DNA of 32,460 nt from positions 1 through 32,460 of the forward strand of contig KZ539132.1 of assembly GCA_000934665.2 (NCBI GenBank), read 5' to 3'. Below the pieces are notes generated by a model. That model was not told the DNA's origin and made no database searches. It saw only the letters and a list, made by a program, of their open reading frames with translations. Positions 20,061-32,460 of this stretch are shown here, one piece after another (positions within the stretch are counted from its first letter, which is position 1; the number at the start of each line of letters is the position of its first letter). This DNA is from Catajapyx aquilonaris (taxonomy: Eukaryota). A program made the position numbers and the translations under genes.

Positions 20061-22232
20061 CTGGCAAAGAGGAGAAGAAGAAAAAAACAGTTTTATTCGA
20101 ATGGAGTGGAAAACGTGGGGTTCACAATTCTATTGATTGTGGCCTGCTGGCAGTTGCTCCCACTGGATGAGAAAATGAATGAATGATTAACTGCATCATA
20201 GTTGGGGGCTCAATGCGGAATGCATCATGGAAGCGGTACAGATGATATCGCATATTATACCACCACGCACAGGAATACAGCTGCCAGCTATAAAACTGTT
20301 ATTACATGTCGCATGGCCAGAACTGCGTCCCAAAAATCCGGCTGGGTTGAAAAATATGAGCTAACAACGGAAAACCACTCGGCCAATTATTTTCAACTGT
20401 TTTTAGGACCAACTCCACTTGAAATTGTACCCACTGCTTTTGAGTAGTCCTTCATTACGGCCGTATGGATGCTAATTAGTTAAAAAATACATCCACACAT
20501 AAATCTAAGTCCCGCGAAACAGGCTTCTACAGTACACACACCAAATTCCTAGCAGGAATGTTCAGCATTTTTTTAAAAAAATCCAGTCAACGTTGCTGTT
20601 GCAAAAAGCTAAAAGTAGCTGACACTATACAGACTTGTCCCAACTGCATTCGGACACATCAGTCCGACGAAAGAGGATACGGGAGATGAGAGCATTGCAA
20701 GAATCTTCCATCACCCCCTGTATACCACACAAGAGTAGGATATCCATTGGATTGGGACACCATTGGAAAGCATCACGAGAAAACCTGCGACAGGTAATAC
20801 ACTTTATACAGTATACACACTCAGGAAACTGTATTTTTTTGCAGAAAATAGGAGTGGATGAGCGAACAAATCGTATTACGCTGAATTAAATACAGTATGA
20901 ACTTTCAGCATATACGCGTTGTGAACCACGCATATAACCGCATGAGAAGTACTGTATAGCTACTTTTGATGCGGTTTATTTACATGCTTTTTTTCCATTT
21001 TTTTGCTGGTGCTAACCATGTGCTAACACACCATTTGCGGCACAGTGAGCAGTCGTCATACAATTATGGACGATGAAAAATATTGGCTGCGCTAAAACAA
21101 GTTGGTGACCTCTCCGTCCGTTTCCAGCAGGGTGGCAGTTATCTTTAAATTATTACATTTGGTAATAAGCGTATAGGGCCTACATACATTTAGCATCAGC
21201 ATTCTCAGTCAGCTGCAGTTGTACAGTAGTGGATTTTTGTGGTTATCGTCGCTTACATCCTCAGTTGTGGCCATGGCACCATGTCACGTTAATTACAACT
21301 ATATCATAACACCGTTTCAACATGCATTCGTCATGTACCAGAGAGTAGTCCGCGCAGTAGTTTTGAGCGCAAACAAGCCCCTCCTGCAAATCCAGGGGGG
21401 CAACAGAGAAGGGGATGGCAGGTATACTGCAGAAGAAGAAAACTGTCTGCCAAACTTTATTTGGAATGGTTACAACCCGTTTCAAAAAATTGCTCATGGA
21501 CATAGAGTACAGAGTGTTATAGACTTCCAGAGTAAGGGTTCAGATCAATACAAAAGTGTGGCTGTTTTTGACACATACAGGCAACGTCATTTTCCCGACG
21601 TACAGTATTTGCATCAGAAACAAGTCTACATGACACATCAGCAGCAAAGAAGACGAAACATCAGTTACATGAAGAGACAACATGCAGCATGGTGTGCAAT
21701 GAAAATTGACCTATTTGCTCATTATAAGGCCCTAAAATAATCACACGTTATTACATTACAGCAGGGGCAGAGAAGAAGGCGAATTTTCCCAAGTCCAGTG
21801 AACTTTTAAGGTCCACAAACAAGCCCCTACTTTAAAGACAGTGTCATGAATTCCTTTCTGAAGTAATTGATGACAATGATGCATCCCTTTTTATATATTA
21901 AAAAAACCGCTCCTCAAACTTTCCACTGAATAACGCTCTTTGCAAGATCCATGGCCCTGGAGGCGAAGAAAAGCGAGCCCCTTGTGAGAACTGGCCATTG
22001 TTGGACCGTTGAATTGTGCCACTGAGCTGGAAGCACGTCTGCTGGTGGTGTATACTATACCATAGGAACTTCACTGGGATGCCTGTTGCACAAAAAGGCG
22101 GAGCAGTTGCCCAGCAACCATGAGCATTCGCACATTTCGAGGACTGCTAAACTACTGTTGGGCACGTAGATGCAATCGCTGCCAAGTGGCCCCCAGTTTG
22201 ATATACCTGCACGTCTGTGGTGATGAGGTTTG

Positions 22233-22267
22233 CCCCCCCCCCCNNNNNNNNNNNCCCCCCCCCCCCC
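22233..22267. other. Assembly gap (10 N, 22244-22253) inside a poly-C tract
   Basis: C11-N10-C14; the true length is unknown. Confidence 0.97.
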
Positions 22268-25200
22268 GCTTCCCATTTTACTCTGTGATACATCATACTG
22301 TATGACGACCTATAACACGATTCTGCAGAGCATTTTGCTGACAGATATACACATAACATAAATCCTTTATGTCAATTCCGTACTTACTCCATTTTCATAC
22401 AACAGCACATTTTTCATGCAGCAGATGCTGTATGACACATGGGATTTAAGTACGTTGCAAATATTGTTAAAAGTGCGGATTGATAGTACCGGCGGATGTT
22501 ATGAAATCGAGTGGTTTATTGATTCTGCATACAACATTTTGAAGTCTGATGATGTGGTTTCAATAACACATAGATTCAATAATTGTGAATTTTACATTTC
22601 ACGGGGGTTATTAACACAGGGGTGCAATAATTGGCCACCTATAGTGCAATGGTTTAGAGCTGACCATCATATTTGTGCTAAAATTATCCTCCGGTGTTAG
22701 TTTTCAGTGCCACAAACGATAAGCTAGTAAAGTGCACAATTTCATATTGATAATATTGAAATTAGGAGTCGGCTTTGAAAACTTTGCCACCATAGTGCCA
22801 GGTCAAGCACCATGTGGCACAATTTAAAAATCTGAAACTCTGCCTGCATCGCACGGTGTAGTACAGTATACTTCATCATCCAGCTACAGTACGTAACTTG
22901 TTAGCAACGGTGCCATGGGAACGTCAGTAGAAAATTACAACGCTGAAGCATGAAAATTGTGTTCAAGAGTGAACGGCCTCGACGAGATGTGTTGTGCAGT
23001 GTATGTAGTGAGAGTTGAAAAGAGTCGGATATATAGGTAACTCACATGATAAAATCATAGTTCTACCACTGACCCACAACCAGGTCATAAGGGATCTTGC
23101 CCTACTGCAATTGTCATTTTCGTACATTTGGTAAAACTTAGATGACAAACAAAAAGTTTACAGATTCTTCTCTCCAAGTTGTGTCAACACGATCAACTAG
23201 TAAGTTTATCCTGTACAGTACATTGCAGGCCTGTCTCTGTGATAATGACCGCACCTTCAAACTTGGCCCACAAACTGCAGGATTTCAAGCATTACATTTC
23301 GTCCTCTGAGGAGTGGAGACAGGCGAAAGTAACTTTAGGCCTGCACGAGATGTAGCGTCTCAACTTGAAGCAATTACAAGTATTTTCCTGGAACTTCCTG
23401 CTGACCTATGTCGTTCTCGGTATCAGCTTTTATGTACCCAGTGGGACCATTTTATGTCGTAGGCAAAGTCTGACGAAATCTCTATAGTGTAGTAATATAG
23501 CAAGTGCTGATTAATAACAAGCGTTAACAGGGAGTTAATGCATCCGATGATCAAACCAAGTAATTAACCTCACCATTTAATCTAGTACGAATATTTTCTA
23601 GTTACCATGCAGTACTTGTCAGTCATTTTTACATTGTCAGATACGCGAAGACCATGTCGAATACAAAATTATTATCCCGGCATAAAACAGACTACACAAT
23701 CCGACAATGACGTATAATTTAGTCAGCATATGCCAGTAAAGCACATTGGCCCTTTGTGAGTAATTGTAATGCCCTGGGCTAAAGGAGTTTAATTATGCAA
23801 CACTCTCCTAACTACTCATTTTGCACACACTGGGTGTACTGGTATAACACACATGTTTCACCATGCCATCCGAAACTTTCGCCTACCACACGATTTTTCA
23901 CCAATATTTGCGCGGTTGTAACAATATTTCCTTCCATTAAATATAGAGATTGGTATGAGAAAAAGGCATTAAATACAAAAATCCAACTGGAACTGCTAAC
24001 CAACACTTTCTGCGACACCCTGTGAAAATGTCGTAAAAATCGGCCAACACATCAAAGCCAGCTTGCATGGCACACAAACCATGGTAATTGGTCAGCGATG
24101 TTACGGTGTATTATCACCAACGCGCTTGATAAAGCATACGCATTGCAGTAATCTGTTACATCAGCAGGGAGGCCCACATTTTGAATACGCTTTAATGATC
24201 TCCCTCATCTTGCCTACAAATCTTTGATTTACCATTTGAAAAGCCTCCACCATCAAATGTTGGAGCGAATAGATTTTGCAAACCGCATATTTTCCCTCTC
24301 TTCAAATGAGGGCCAGTTGAGGCCATCTTTTGTTAGCAGATTGGGTCATTTATGCGGTAAATTTATTCACATTGACAAGTAACTGGAAACCCTTTTCAGA
24401 GCAGAATCACGGCAAAAAATAACTCTGGCTCACATGTATAGTATGCTTAAAAATGTATGCACATTTAACAAAAAGTAAAATAAATCTTACAAATTTCACA
24501 TATTTTGTTCTTGAATATTTTGGCACCAGTCACACTCATCTGTCGTAAACAAACAAAGGTTTGTCGTGTCTGCAACTTGACGAGATTGCAATCCACTTGT
24601 ATCCTTCCATGACTCAGTGCTCCAGAAGAGGCAAATTGCAGTCCAACCCTAATCAAGTCCAGCGGATGCAGTGAAAACCAATCCCGGTGCTATCGAGGCA
24701 ATGGAAGTCTGCTAACCTTGGGAGCCTGGGAACCTGGGCCAACAGAAAAAGATTTTCGGATCCTGAAACTGCGAGAGAGCGAGAGAGTTTGGGACAAGTT
24801 GGGACGCGGGCTTCGGAATATAAACGGCTCTGGTTGTGGTTCACCTACAGTCTATAGGACCACGATACTGCGATTGGCTTTTTTTTGTATCCGCGAAGTT
24901 GCAGGGGTCTAACCCAAGAGAGTCGTACTCATTTGCCTTGAAAACCCATAGGCACCAAACAGTGCGACATTGGCGTAATTTGCATGCATAGACTCCCAAA
25001 ATACAGAGAATTACAAAATTTTCACTTCTGTTGATGCAGGTCACAGGCTCGACATGCAGCATTGCATTTAGAGTACGGGTTGCACGTTTTGTTAATCAGA
25101 ATGTTAACTGCACTATCGGTTAATTGGGCTTTTGTGTCAGAACAATCCGGCGGTACAGTTACGGGTGTCGGGTCCACTTCTATTCACCGCTGCTGTGTTT

Positions 25201-28200
25201 GGAGGCATAATCCATAAAACTCCATTCTTGTACGATGCTCACATCAGTTGGCACAACCTGCTATGAACAACATTCTGTGGTAGAAATATATTGCGGCTGC
25301 TGAATTGTGCTAATTTTGTATCAATATTAAGGCTGGTCAAATTGCATTTAAGATTACCTTGATCACAGCTTGATGACGTATTTCCACCCACACTTATACA
25401 GTACATACCGGGCTAGTGTGGGCGGTACCCACACTGCAAGCCTTGACGTAATCGCAAAGCATAAAAGATGCAACAAAAGCGACCACCCACACAGAATCAC
25501 GTGCATGTGTAGGACGAAGGGTAAACACCTACAGTATCGCTCCCAATATATCTGTACTGTACGCCACTGCAGGTTTCGCTTTGAATGAGCCAACCGGAAC
25601 TGACTATCGCCCACTGTTAATCAATCGAAAATAGGTTAAAATTTCCGAACCGATCCAGACAGCCGCTCCTTAAATCAATTTCATCCTACTCCATTACATA
25701 CAAAGTGTCGCCATAATGTAAAGTTATACCCATCATTTTCGATTGCCTCCGCAAAAACTTCATTCCATCCTCATAATGTAGAGCCAGATCCTTCCTTACA
25801 AAAAAAAAAGTGCGGACTTTGACAGTGTCCAGAGGTCTAGCTTCTGGTGAAACGAAGCTATTGGAGGAAGCGAAAACTCTCGGACTCGCAGAAAGTTGTA
25901 CGAATTCAGAAGCCTTTTCCTCGGGCCTTGCTCGTAAGTCACGCGGTTTTCCAATGCAACTGGGTCCCAGGTTTTAGTTGGTTGGCCTGACAGGTCCGAG
26001 ATTTACATCCTTTGTCAACCGGGGTCTCTCCGACCAGAAAGTTTGCGACTTCAACATGCGACGCTTCATGGACACACCGCTAGTACTTGCATGTAGTCAA
26101 TACCCGGACACTTTAAGGGATCGCGCTTCAGGAGCTATCCTTCAACCCCCCAACATTCAGAGAGAGTTGGAGAGAATAGTGTGGCACCTACCAAGATTTA
26201 GTGTGGAGCTCAGAATGGAAGCAGCCACTCTCCAGATCTCATCTAAAACAGTACTTTGATATAGCTGTGCATGCAGGACGCAAATCTCTTTCCTGGAGTA
26301 ATTACAAAGGCAAAAGGAAACTGCGAGAACTCGTATGGAAAGATCCGCCAATTTATGAGCTTCATTTTTCCCGAGTTATTGGTCATAGATGTCACGGAAA
26401 GCTCCGTAGGCATATCAGGTCCCTAGTCTGCGGAATGCAAGATCCAAAAACCAATCATGGGATTGCGCTAAAGCACGTCTTTAATCTGAATTCCACGCAA
26501 GTATCACGGTTATGGCCTCCGCACCGACTTTAATTACTACCCATCTCCTGTTCCTAATCCAAGGGTTTTTCGCCAAACGCAATCATTAGACACACTTTCA
26601 AATCAGAGAGAAAAATTATCAGACAGCTGCGTTTGTCCCTTTGTATGACCCGGTAGTACCAAATGTGCATAAAAATGGGCGTAATTGTTGATGATATCGC
26701 GCATTGAAGGCTACACCAGTGTGCCACTGTGCATGCTGATCATTTTTAAAGATCAGATATTAAGCTTCATCCTACGTTTACACAAAGTATAGCAGTTACA
26801 TGAACTGCACAACAATTTTATGCAAGATGTATGCACCAGGCTTGCACAATATAATTTATTACAACAAATAATTGAGTGTTTTTCTCGATATCTTCCATCA
26901 AGTGTATTCGGACTTTGCAGAGTTAATTCTCAAATATTTTGATATTGCCAATTTTTTGTTGTTGTCCGCCTAACTAAACTGAGTCCATTTGGGAAGCACG
27001 TCACATCTGCACCGCAAAGGCAGTCTTTTGTAACACCTTACGGATTCAAGAGTATAAACCCAGGGAAGAACCTAAATGCGTGTGCTATCGCAGCAAGGCC
27101 TACAGCCTATTCCGTAACGCAATTAACTTCATTGTTGGGAAATGGGGCCCATGGAAGCCTTTACCTTAATGAAAGTACAAGATAGGATGAGCAGAAATTG
27201 GATAGGAGGGCTAGGGAAAAAAGAGAAATGAAGCATGGTAATGAGTTGCTTGGAAATATTTGCACGGTTTATATGCACAACATTGCAAAACTCTAGGCGT
27301 ATCTCCCACGCTCGTGTTTAGATAGAGCCTTTGCATATCATATGTGGAGTTCAGCTCAATGGTCAAGAAAAATAAGTTAATGCAAATCAGTATGGTAATT
27401 GCCGCGATTAAATGTCAATCATATACCAATTCGATTAATCTCATTACGGACATTCATTACGGACCAGCAGATATTATTGACATCATTATTACATGCTTTG
27501 TTAGTTTATTTACTGTTAACAAATTTCAAACTTGGCTTTCACTATGCGGAACTTCCACTCAATTTCTTCCTGCTGTAAACATGCGTTATACAGGCATATC
27601 TGAAATTATTTAATTATGAGTGATTTGATGCATAATGTTTATACAGCACCGTACAACACTGTGTGTGTTGTCTTCATTAAAAAGTCACAACTGCCAGTTA
27701 AAAATTAACTACTGACAAAACGATGCCTGAATTCAAGGCCACATTGACTTTTTCGCCCCGATCTGAACAACTTCACTTAATTTTTAACTTTCTAAAACTA
27801 TACTCTGCTGGAAGCAAAAAATATCGGCTTGAATAATGCAACTGACGCTTTACCTACAAGCTATAGTCTCCCCTCTGCAGTTTTCCTCCAATCCTTGGTG
27901 CAATGTTTTGCCTATGTGGCCACCGACCCAGGTAATGGTCCACATACTGCATATGCATTGGGTGCAACCTAACCTGAGGCATGCAATGATACTTCGTGCA
28001 TGAAAATGGTGAATAATAATTTGTTTGCACAAAACAAGGAGAAAAAAAAACAGAATCAGAATTTGTTACGTAACTAATCTACACAGTTAGCGAACTAATT
28101 CCGGTTTCAAATACAGAAAACCATGTAACGTATGAAATCAGTTTAGTACGCACATTTTGCATTGGACACTAATATTTGTGGTGTATGAATTTTATCAAAA

Positions 28201-30028
28201 TTTAATCTACAGCATTGTGCAAAAGCTAAGATATATTTTGAACCTCAACCGATATACAGCTAACTTCCCAGACTCAATTCGGTTATTGATGACATTATGA
28301 TCCGGCTCCAAACTTTGGTCCCAAATTCCTCCCTCCAAAAAATTGCGAGATAAACTCCTCTACGAAATCCTCGCAATATTACGAAAACCTGAACAGCACT
28401 TGAAATCGGCTTAGGCAAAGCCGTGTTACTCTAATTCAGACCGCACCATGGTCCTTAAGCCCAGCTACACATCGGAATTAAGGCCCGAAATGGGATAGCA
28501 CAAAAGACTTACATGATGGATAGGAGCCCAAAACACTCCCAGGAGTCCCGCTTAGATTAGATCCCGGGGCCAAAATGGCCTTTGTGGATTAGAACCAGTT
28601 ACTGCGGGAGACCTGACGGGGGTCGGATTTGCAACTTAGCTCTCTTCTCTAGCTCTCCTCTCAGACCTAAGAAAAGGGCTCTGGATATTCCTAGGCGATA
28701 ACTATCTCTGACGGTTTTCATGTTGCGGAATTTTGCACTCACTTCCCCGAGGCCAAAGCCCAACTTTTCCAAGCCAACTTTTTAAATGGCCTCAAAAATC
28801 GTTACAGGAAAAAGCGGAAGAAAATACCCCCGCCGCCGCCACTTTACTTTTTATCACGCATTGCTATCGTTAGTTACTGGGCTGCATTTGGGGGGGGCCA
28901 ATTCAAGGGACCTATTAAGACTCAACACAGGCGCCCAAGGAGAAAATTATGCTGCTAGTTCCTCAGTCGTTTAGGATCCCTTTCATGGTCCCTGGAAAGT
29001 TGCGGCCTGCATAAATAGCTCGTGTGTATGAAAATAGTGATACATGGCAAATTCCTGTCAGGGTCAGCAACAAATAGCTAAATGCCAGTGGTTTCTGTCA
29101 AAATGTGAATAATTTCAGGTCTCCAAATATGATTCAGCATGTTCCTGTTTATGAAGCTGGCCACATATCATCAAAATCACCGAACAATCTGGAGAAAATT
29201 TTTCAGGGCTAATGCCTCTCTGAATGGGTTTCTAGCAAAGTTTTATGCGAAAAAAAACTGCTAAAAAGTGTTGGAAGGAGGGAAGAACCGGGGGGCGAAG
29301 AAGAAGAAGGGTAGGAAAAAAAAAGCCCTCCGGAGAAGAGACGTGCTTACAAAGTGTGAGAGTCTCTATACCTCATCAGCAATTCCGGCGGCACACTGTT
29401 CAATATTTTATTCTTAGCTAGTGGGGGCTGTTCGTCTGTAGGCATCCAGAAGTGGCGATTCCAGGAGAGAAAAAAAGAAGAAGATGCAGTCTACCTACTT
29501 CTTGCAAATTGTGTCCAAAAAAGTGCACAACTGGCAAGGGACTGAAGGGAGGTTATTTCCAGGGCTTGTTCCTGGACATCCAAACGAGGACCTCACAGCA
29601 TCCGCATCCGGGCCCGCCGGACACGTCCCCACCACTTTTCGTCCAGACCAAAAATGCACCCGGGGATATGAGAGTTAATAGTCACGGCCGCTGTTGTTAG
29701 ATAGCCAGTGGATGGCCAGAAAATCATTTCGGACTGCTGCAGCTGCCCGAGTACTTCGTCCAGGGAAAAAGGCCCGCACTATGTGTACTTATGCACCGCT
29801 GACCATACCCGGGTTCAAACTTGCCTACAAATTACGTATATTTCCACCTTATTCATTTCACTAGTGCTCAGGGCCGGGTTGATATGGAAGTGACATACTC
29901 GGAGGACGAGGTGGTGCCAGAAAACCTCGCCACAAAGTCTATAATGACAAAATGTGTCATAAACGAGACATAATGGACATTGAGATATTGCTGGGTATGA
30001 TTCGTTGTATGACAGTTGACCACACCAT

Positions 30029-30046
30029 ATTATTATTATTATTATT
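30029..30046. repeat. (ATT)6 microsatellite
   Basis: Read directly from the sequence; it explains the poly-Ile stretch in spurious ORF 29815..30063. Confidence 0.9.
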
Positions 30047-30811
30047 GACACCAATTCGAGCATATAACTTGGGACAAAGGATCAGCCAGTACTGTTTCAA
30101 CAAGCGTCGGTTATAGCTCTGCTGTACAGTACATTATTGCAGGAGCCTATGGCCCATTATTGTCTTTCATGCTTCTGATAAATAGTTAATTTATAACACT
30201 GACCACCATTACGCTCATGGTGTGGCATAATTGCGTACAATGCGTATTACACAATCTCTATTGCAAGAGTGCCATTAAAATGTGGTAATACCATGCTCCT
30301 ACACCAAAAGAAGGCTGGTTCATATGACATGATGAGTCGTCATGATGCCATTACTTATTTCTTGCTTTTACTTAAAAGTAAGGTATACTTTGTTACTTTT
30401 AGAAACCATTCGCAATAATTCCCCCATAAAAACGCCTTTAAAATATATTGTGATACCAGGTGTGTCTTTTAAGTACTGTAGAGTGTAGCCTACGTAAAAC
30501 TGAAATGAGTGACACTGTAGGACAGCCCCAATGCAAGTCATATTGTACTGTAAGCATAGTTGCCTGAACGACTAAAATTGCGCATTGCAGCCATATCATT
30601 CAGGAGGGGGCTGCAGCGTGTCTCTGAATACAACATGTATAGCAGAGTTGCAAGCATAATATAGGTGCGGCAAAGTTCCGTGCTCCCTGGCTATATACAG
30701 CAGGCTCATCTCCAACGACCTAAATCCCTGCCGCGATAAGGTCGGAATGACAGTGTTCTAAGAAGCGTCAGAAAAGGGCTCGTAAAGTCCCGCCGAATCT
30801 ATCGCTAGACT

Positions 30812-30830
30812 TCTCTCTCTCTCTCTCTCT
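30812..30830. repeat. (TC)n microsatellite, ~9.5 units
   Basis: Read directly from the sequence. Confidence 0.9.
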
Positions 30831-32460
30831 TCTAAATCGAAATGCTCCCTAAATCCATTTGCAGCACTCGGGTTTCCGAACCAAAACCTTCCACTCAATA
30901 TTACCAGCTTCTCTCGTTCTCTCTGCAGCGCTTTTCAAGTGGACTATAGAGAATTCAAGTCTTCGGCCTGATTTGCTCATTTCCGTCTTTTCACGCAGTT
31001 CAACGGAAATAAATTCGGACGCAAAAATCTCGGGATATGTATACCCTGTGTTTAATGAGCGACATTGCGAACGCGGTTGTGAGTGCGGCTCAACCAGTTC
31101 CATCGCATTATACCGGTAATAACAGTCACGTGCAATGCAATTATTTTCGGCGCGATACAACAAGTGGCCTAAATTGCATCTGGAATTCCAGAGCAGCCAC
31201 AGAATGACAATCACCCATTATTGATAGGCGGTGGGGAAAAAAATAGAGAAAAGCAACCCACAAATTTTATTTGCAGAACACTATGTTGTACAGGATTCCA
31301 ACATAAACCCCCTCCCGGTTCTTTTATATAAACGAGCGGGATTAATCACTAGTACTGCGACCTTAATTGAAAGCAACAACACAGTCCGGCCAAAGTAGGA
31401 ATTGCCATTAATCTTCTGGTGCACAGTATAACGCCCACTATTGCGTGGTTGCTCACACAAACGAAGCCACATCTGAAAGCTGAAACCCTAAATAAAAAGC
31501 AATGACAGGGGGGGACGTTCAAAGAGAGACCGGGTCCAAAATACCCTTGCCATTCAAATTTAGTTTTACATGGACTGAAATGCCGGATCGAGCCGGATTT
31601 GGTCGATTCATTTTCAGGCAACATCATGTCCGGGAAATGCCATGCAAAATTAGCAGCTACAGTGGCGCGCTATCAGTGAAAAACTATTAAATTGGTGAGA
31701 CACCAACTGGTGTCCAGACCGCAACTAAAACCGTCCTGTGCATTTACACCTTAGTTTTTCCATAACTGTCCTGGGTATAAGTAGCCAAATGGTTCGAGCC
31801 AAAATGAGCTCAGCTCCAAACGGGAAAATATGCAAGGGACGTTAGGGGAATAGGTTTTCATTAGCCCCCCTACGCGAAAAGTGTTGCGTTTTACCACAAC
31901 AACACTGCAGAAAACAATTTGAGTGGGGCCTGGTGCATAACTGGAAAAGTATCGCAGGCGGCGTGTCGTAAAACCAAACCTGAAGTTGAAGCTAGCAGAT
32001 TAGCCCTTCAAAAACTTGGAAAGTGACACAATTCTTGCTTATGCCTGCAGCCAGCGCTGCTTGTCCGCTAATGAAGAAAGTCGGTGCTTGCGAGTGGGGG
32101 ACAACCTCAACATTAAGCGTAATTCAAGCTCTCAAGTGCTTGGCTCCAAACCTGCGGAGACGCAAATTGAAAAGCGCGACCATTTTAACCGCTGGAGGTC
32201 CCAAAAACCACACGAAATCTGGTACCAAGTAAAAGCATATAAAGAGTGCAACTAAAGTCATTATTTCTGTCAATTTATGTAATAATATTATTTCACAATG
32301 CCCTTTTATTGAACTAGGTCAGTGAACACCCTGTACTCACGGGCGGCTCATTTACATTTGTTAAACACTGCACCGGAGCAACTTGACCCGTAAATTACGG
32401 CGTACCCGAACTTTCCGCGTTCTTCACCTCGGTGCGGGTATACTGCTGCAGGTTATAGTG

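Noticed and set aside
22633..22825. tRNA-like 5' halves (GCCACCTATAGTGCAATGG; GCCACCATAGTGCCAGG) and an imperfect hairpin at about 22779-22825
   Set aside because: No B-box or T-arm at proper spacing and no cloverleaf, so neither a tRNA nor a SINE is supported.
30849..31214. Minus-strand ORF containing YTYPEIFASEFISVEL...GRRLEFSIV, superficially like the missing upstream GTPase exon (YVPTVFENY...RIELSLWDTS)
   Set aside because: It lacks WDTxG, the spacing is wrong and no phase-1 donor lies at the required place. The true exon is probably beyond 32460.
32312..32345. Possible minus-strand Helitron 3' end (weak hairpin then CTAG) or mariner-like TACAGGGTG end
   Set aside because: The stem is weak, the two readings conflict and no partner end is visible in the window.
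1..32460. CRISPR array, prokaryotic operon or defence system, rRNA/tRNA genes
   Set aside because: No regularly spaced direct repeats, low coding density, and spliceosomal introns and microsatellites indicate animal nuclear DNA.

Overview
Eukaryotic (animal, probably invertebrate) genomic DNA, mostly intronic; no prokaryotic operon, CRISPR array or RNA gene is supported. The window appears to lie inside one large minus-strand gene for an atypical Rho-family GTPase of the Rnd/RhoE type. Two internal coding exons are visible (20060-19951 and 8434-8300), separated by an 11.5 kb intron; I could not find the first or last exons in the window. On the opposite strand, apparently nested in the next intron, is a complete, compact SPOP-like MATH-BTB gene (4251-5326, one 53-nt intron, about 340 aa, poly(A) signal at 5401). 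The remainder holds transposon traces: a ~247 bp non-autonomous Helitron with both ends, a tiny Tc1/mariner-like MITE, a clear excess of TACAGTA/TACTGTA heptamers matching the Tc1/mariner excision footprint, a possibly decayed THAP-domain gene next to an unexplained 218-codon ORF, microsatellites and a 10-N assembly gap. Most other ORFs in the track look spurious. I cannot claim a new biological system. The best leads are the divergent GTPase motifs, the nested gene pair and the footprint excess.
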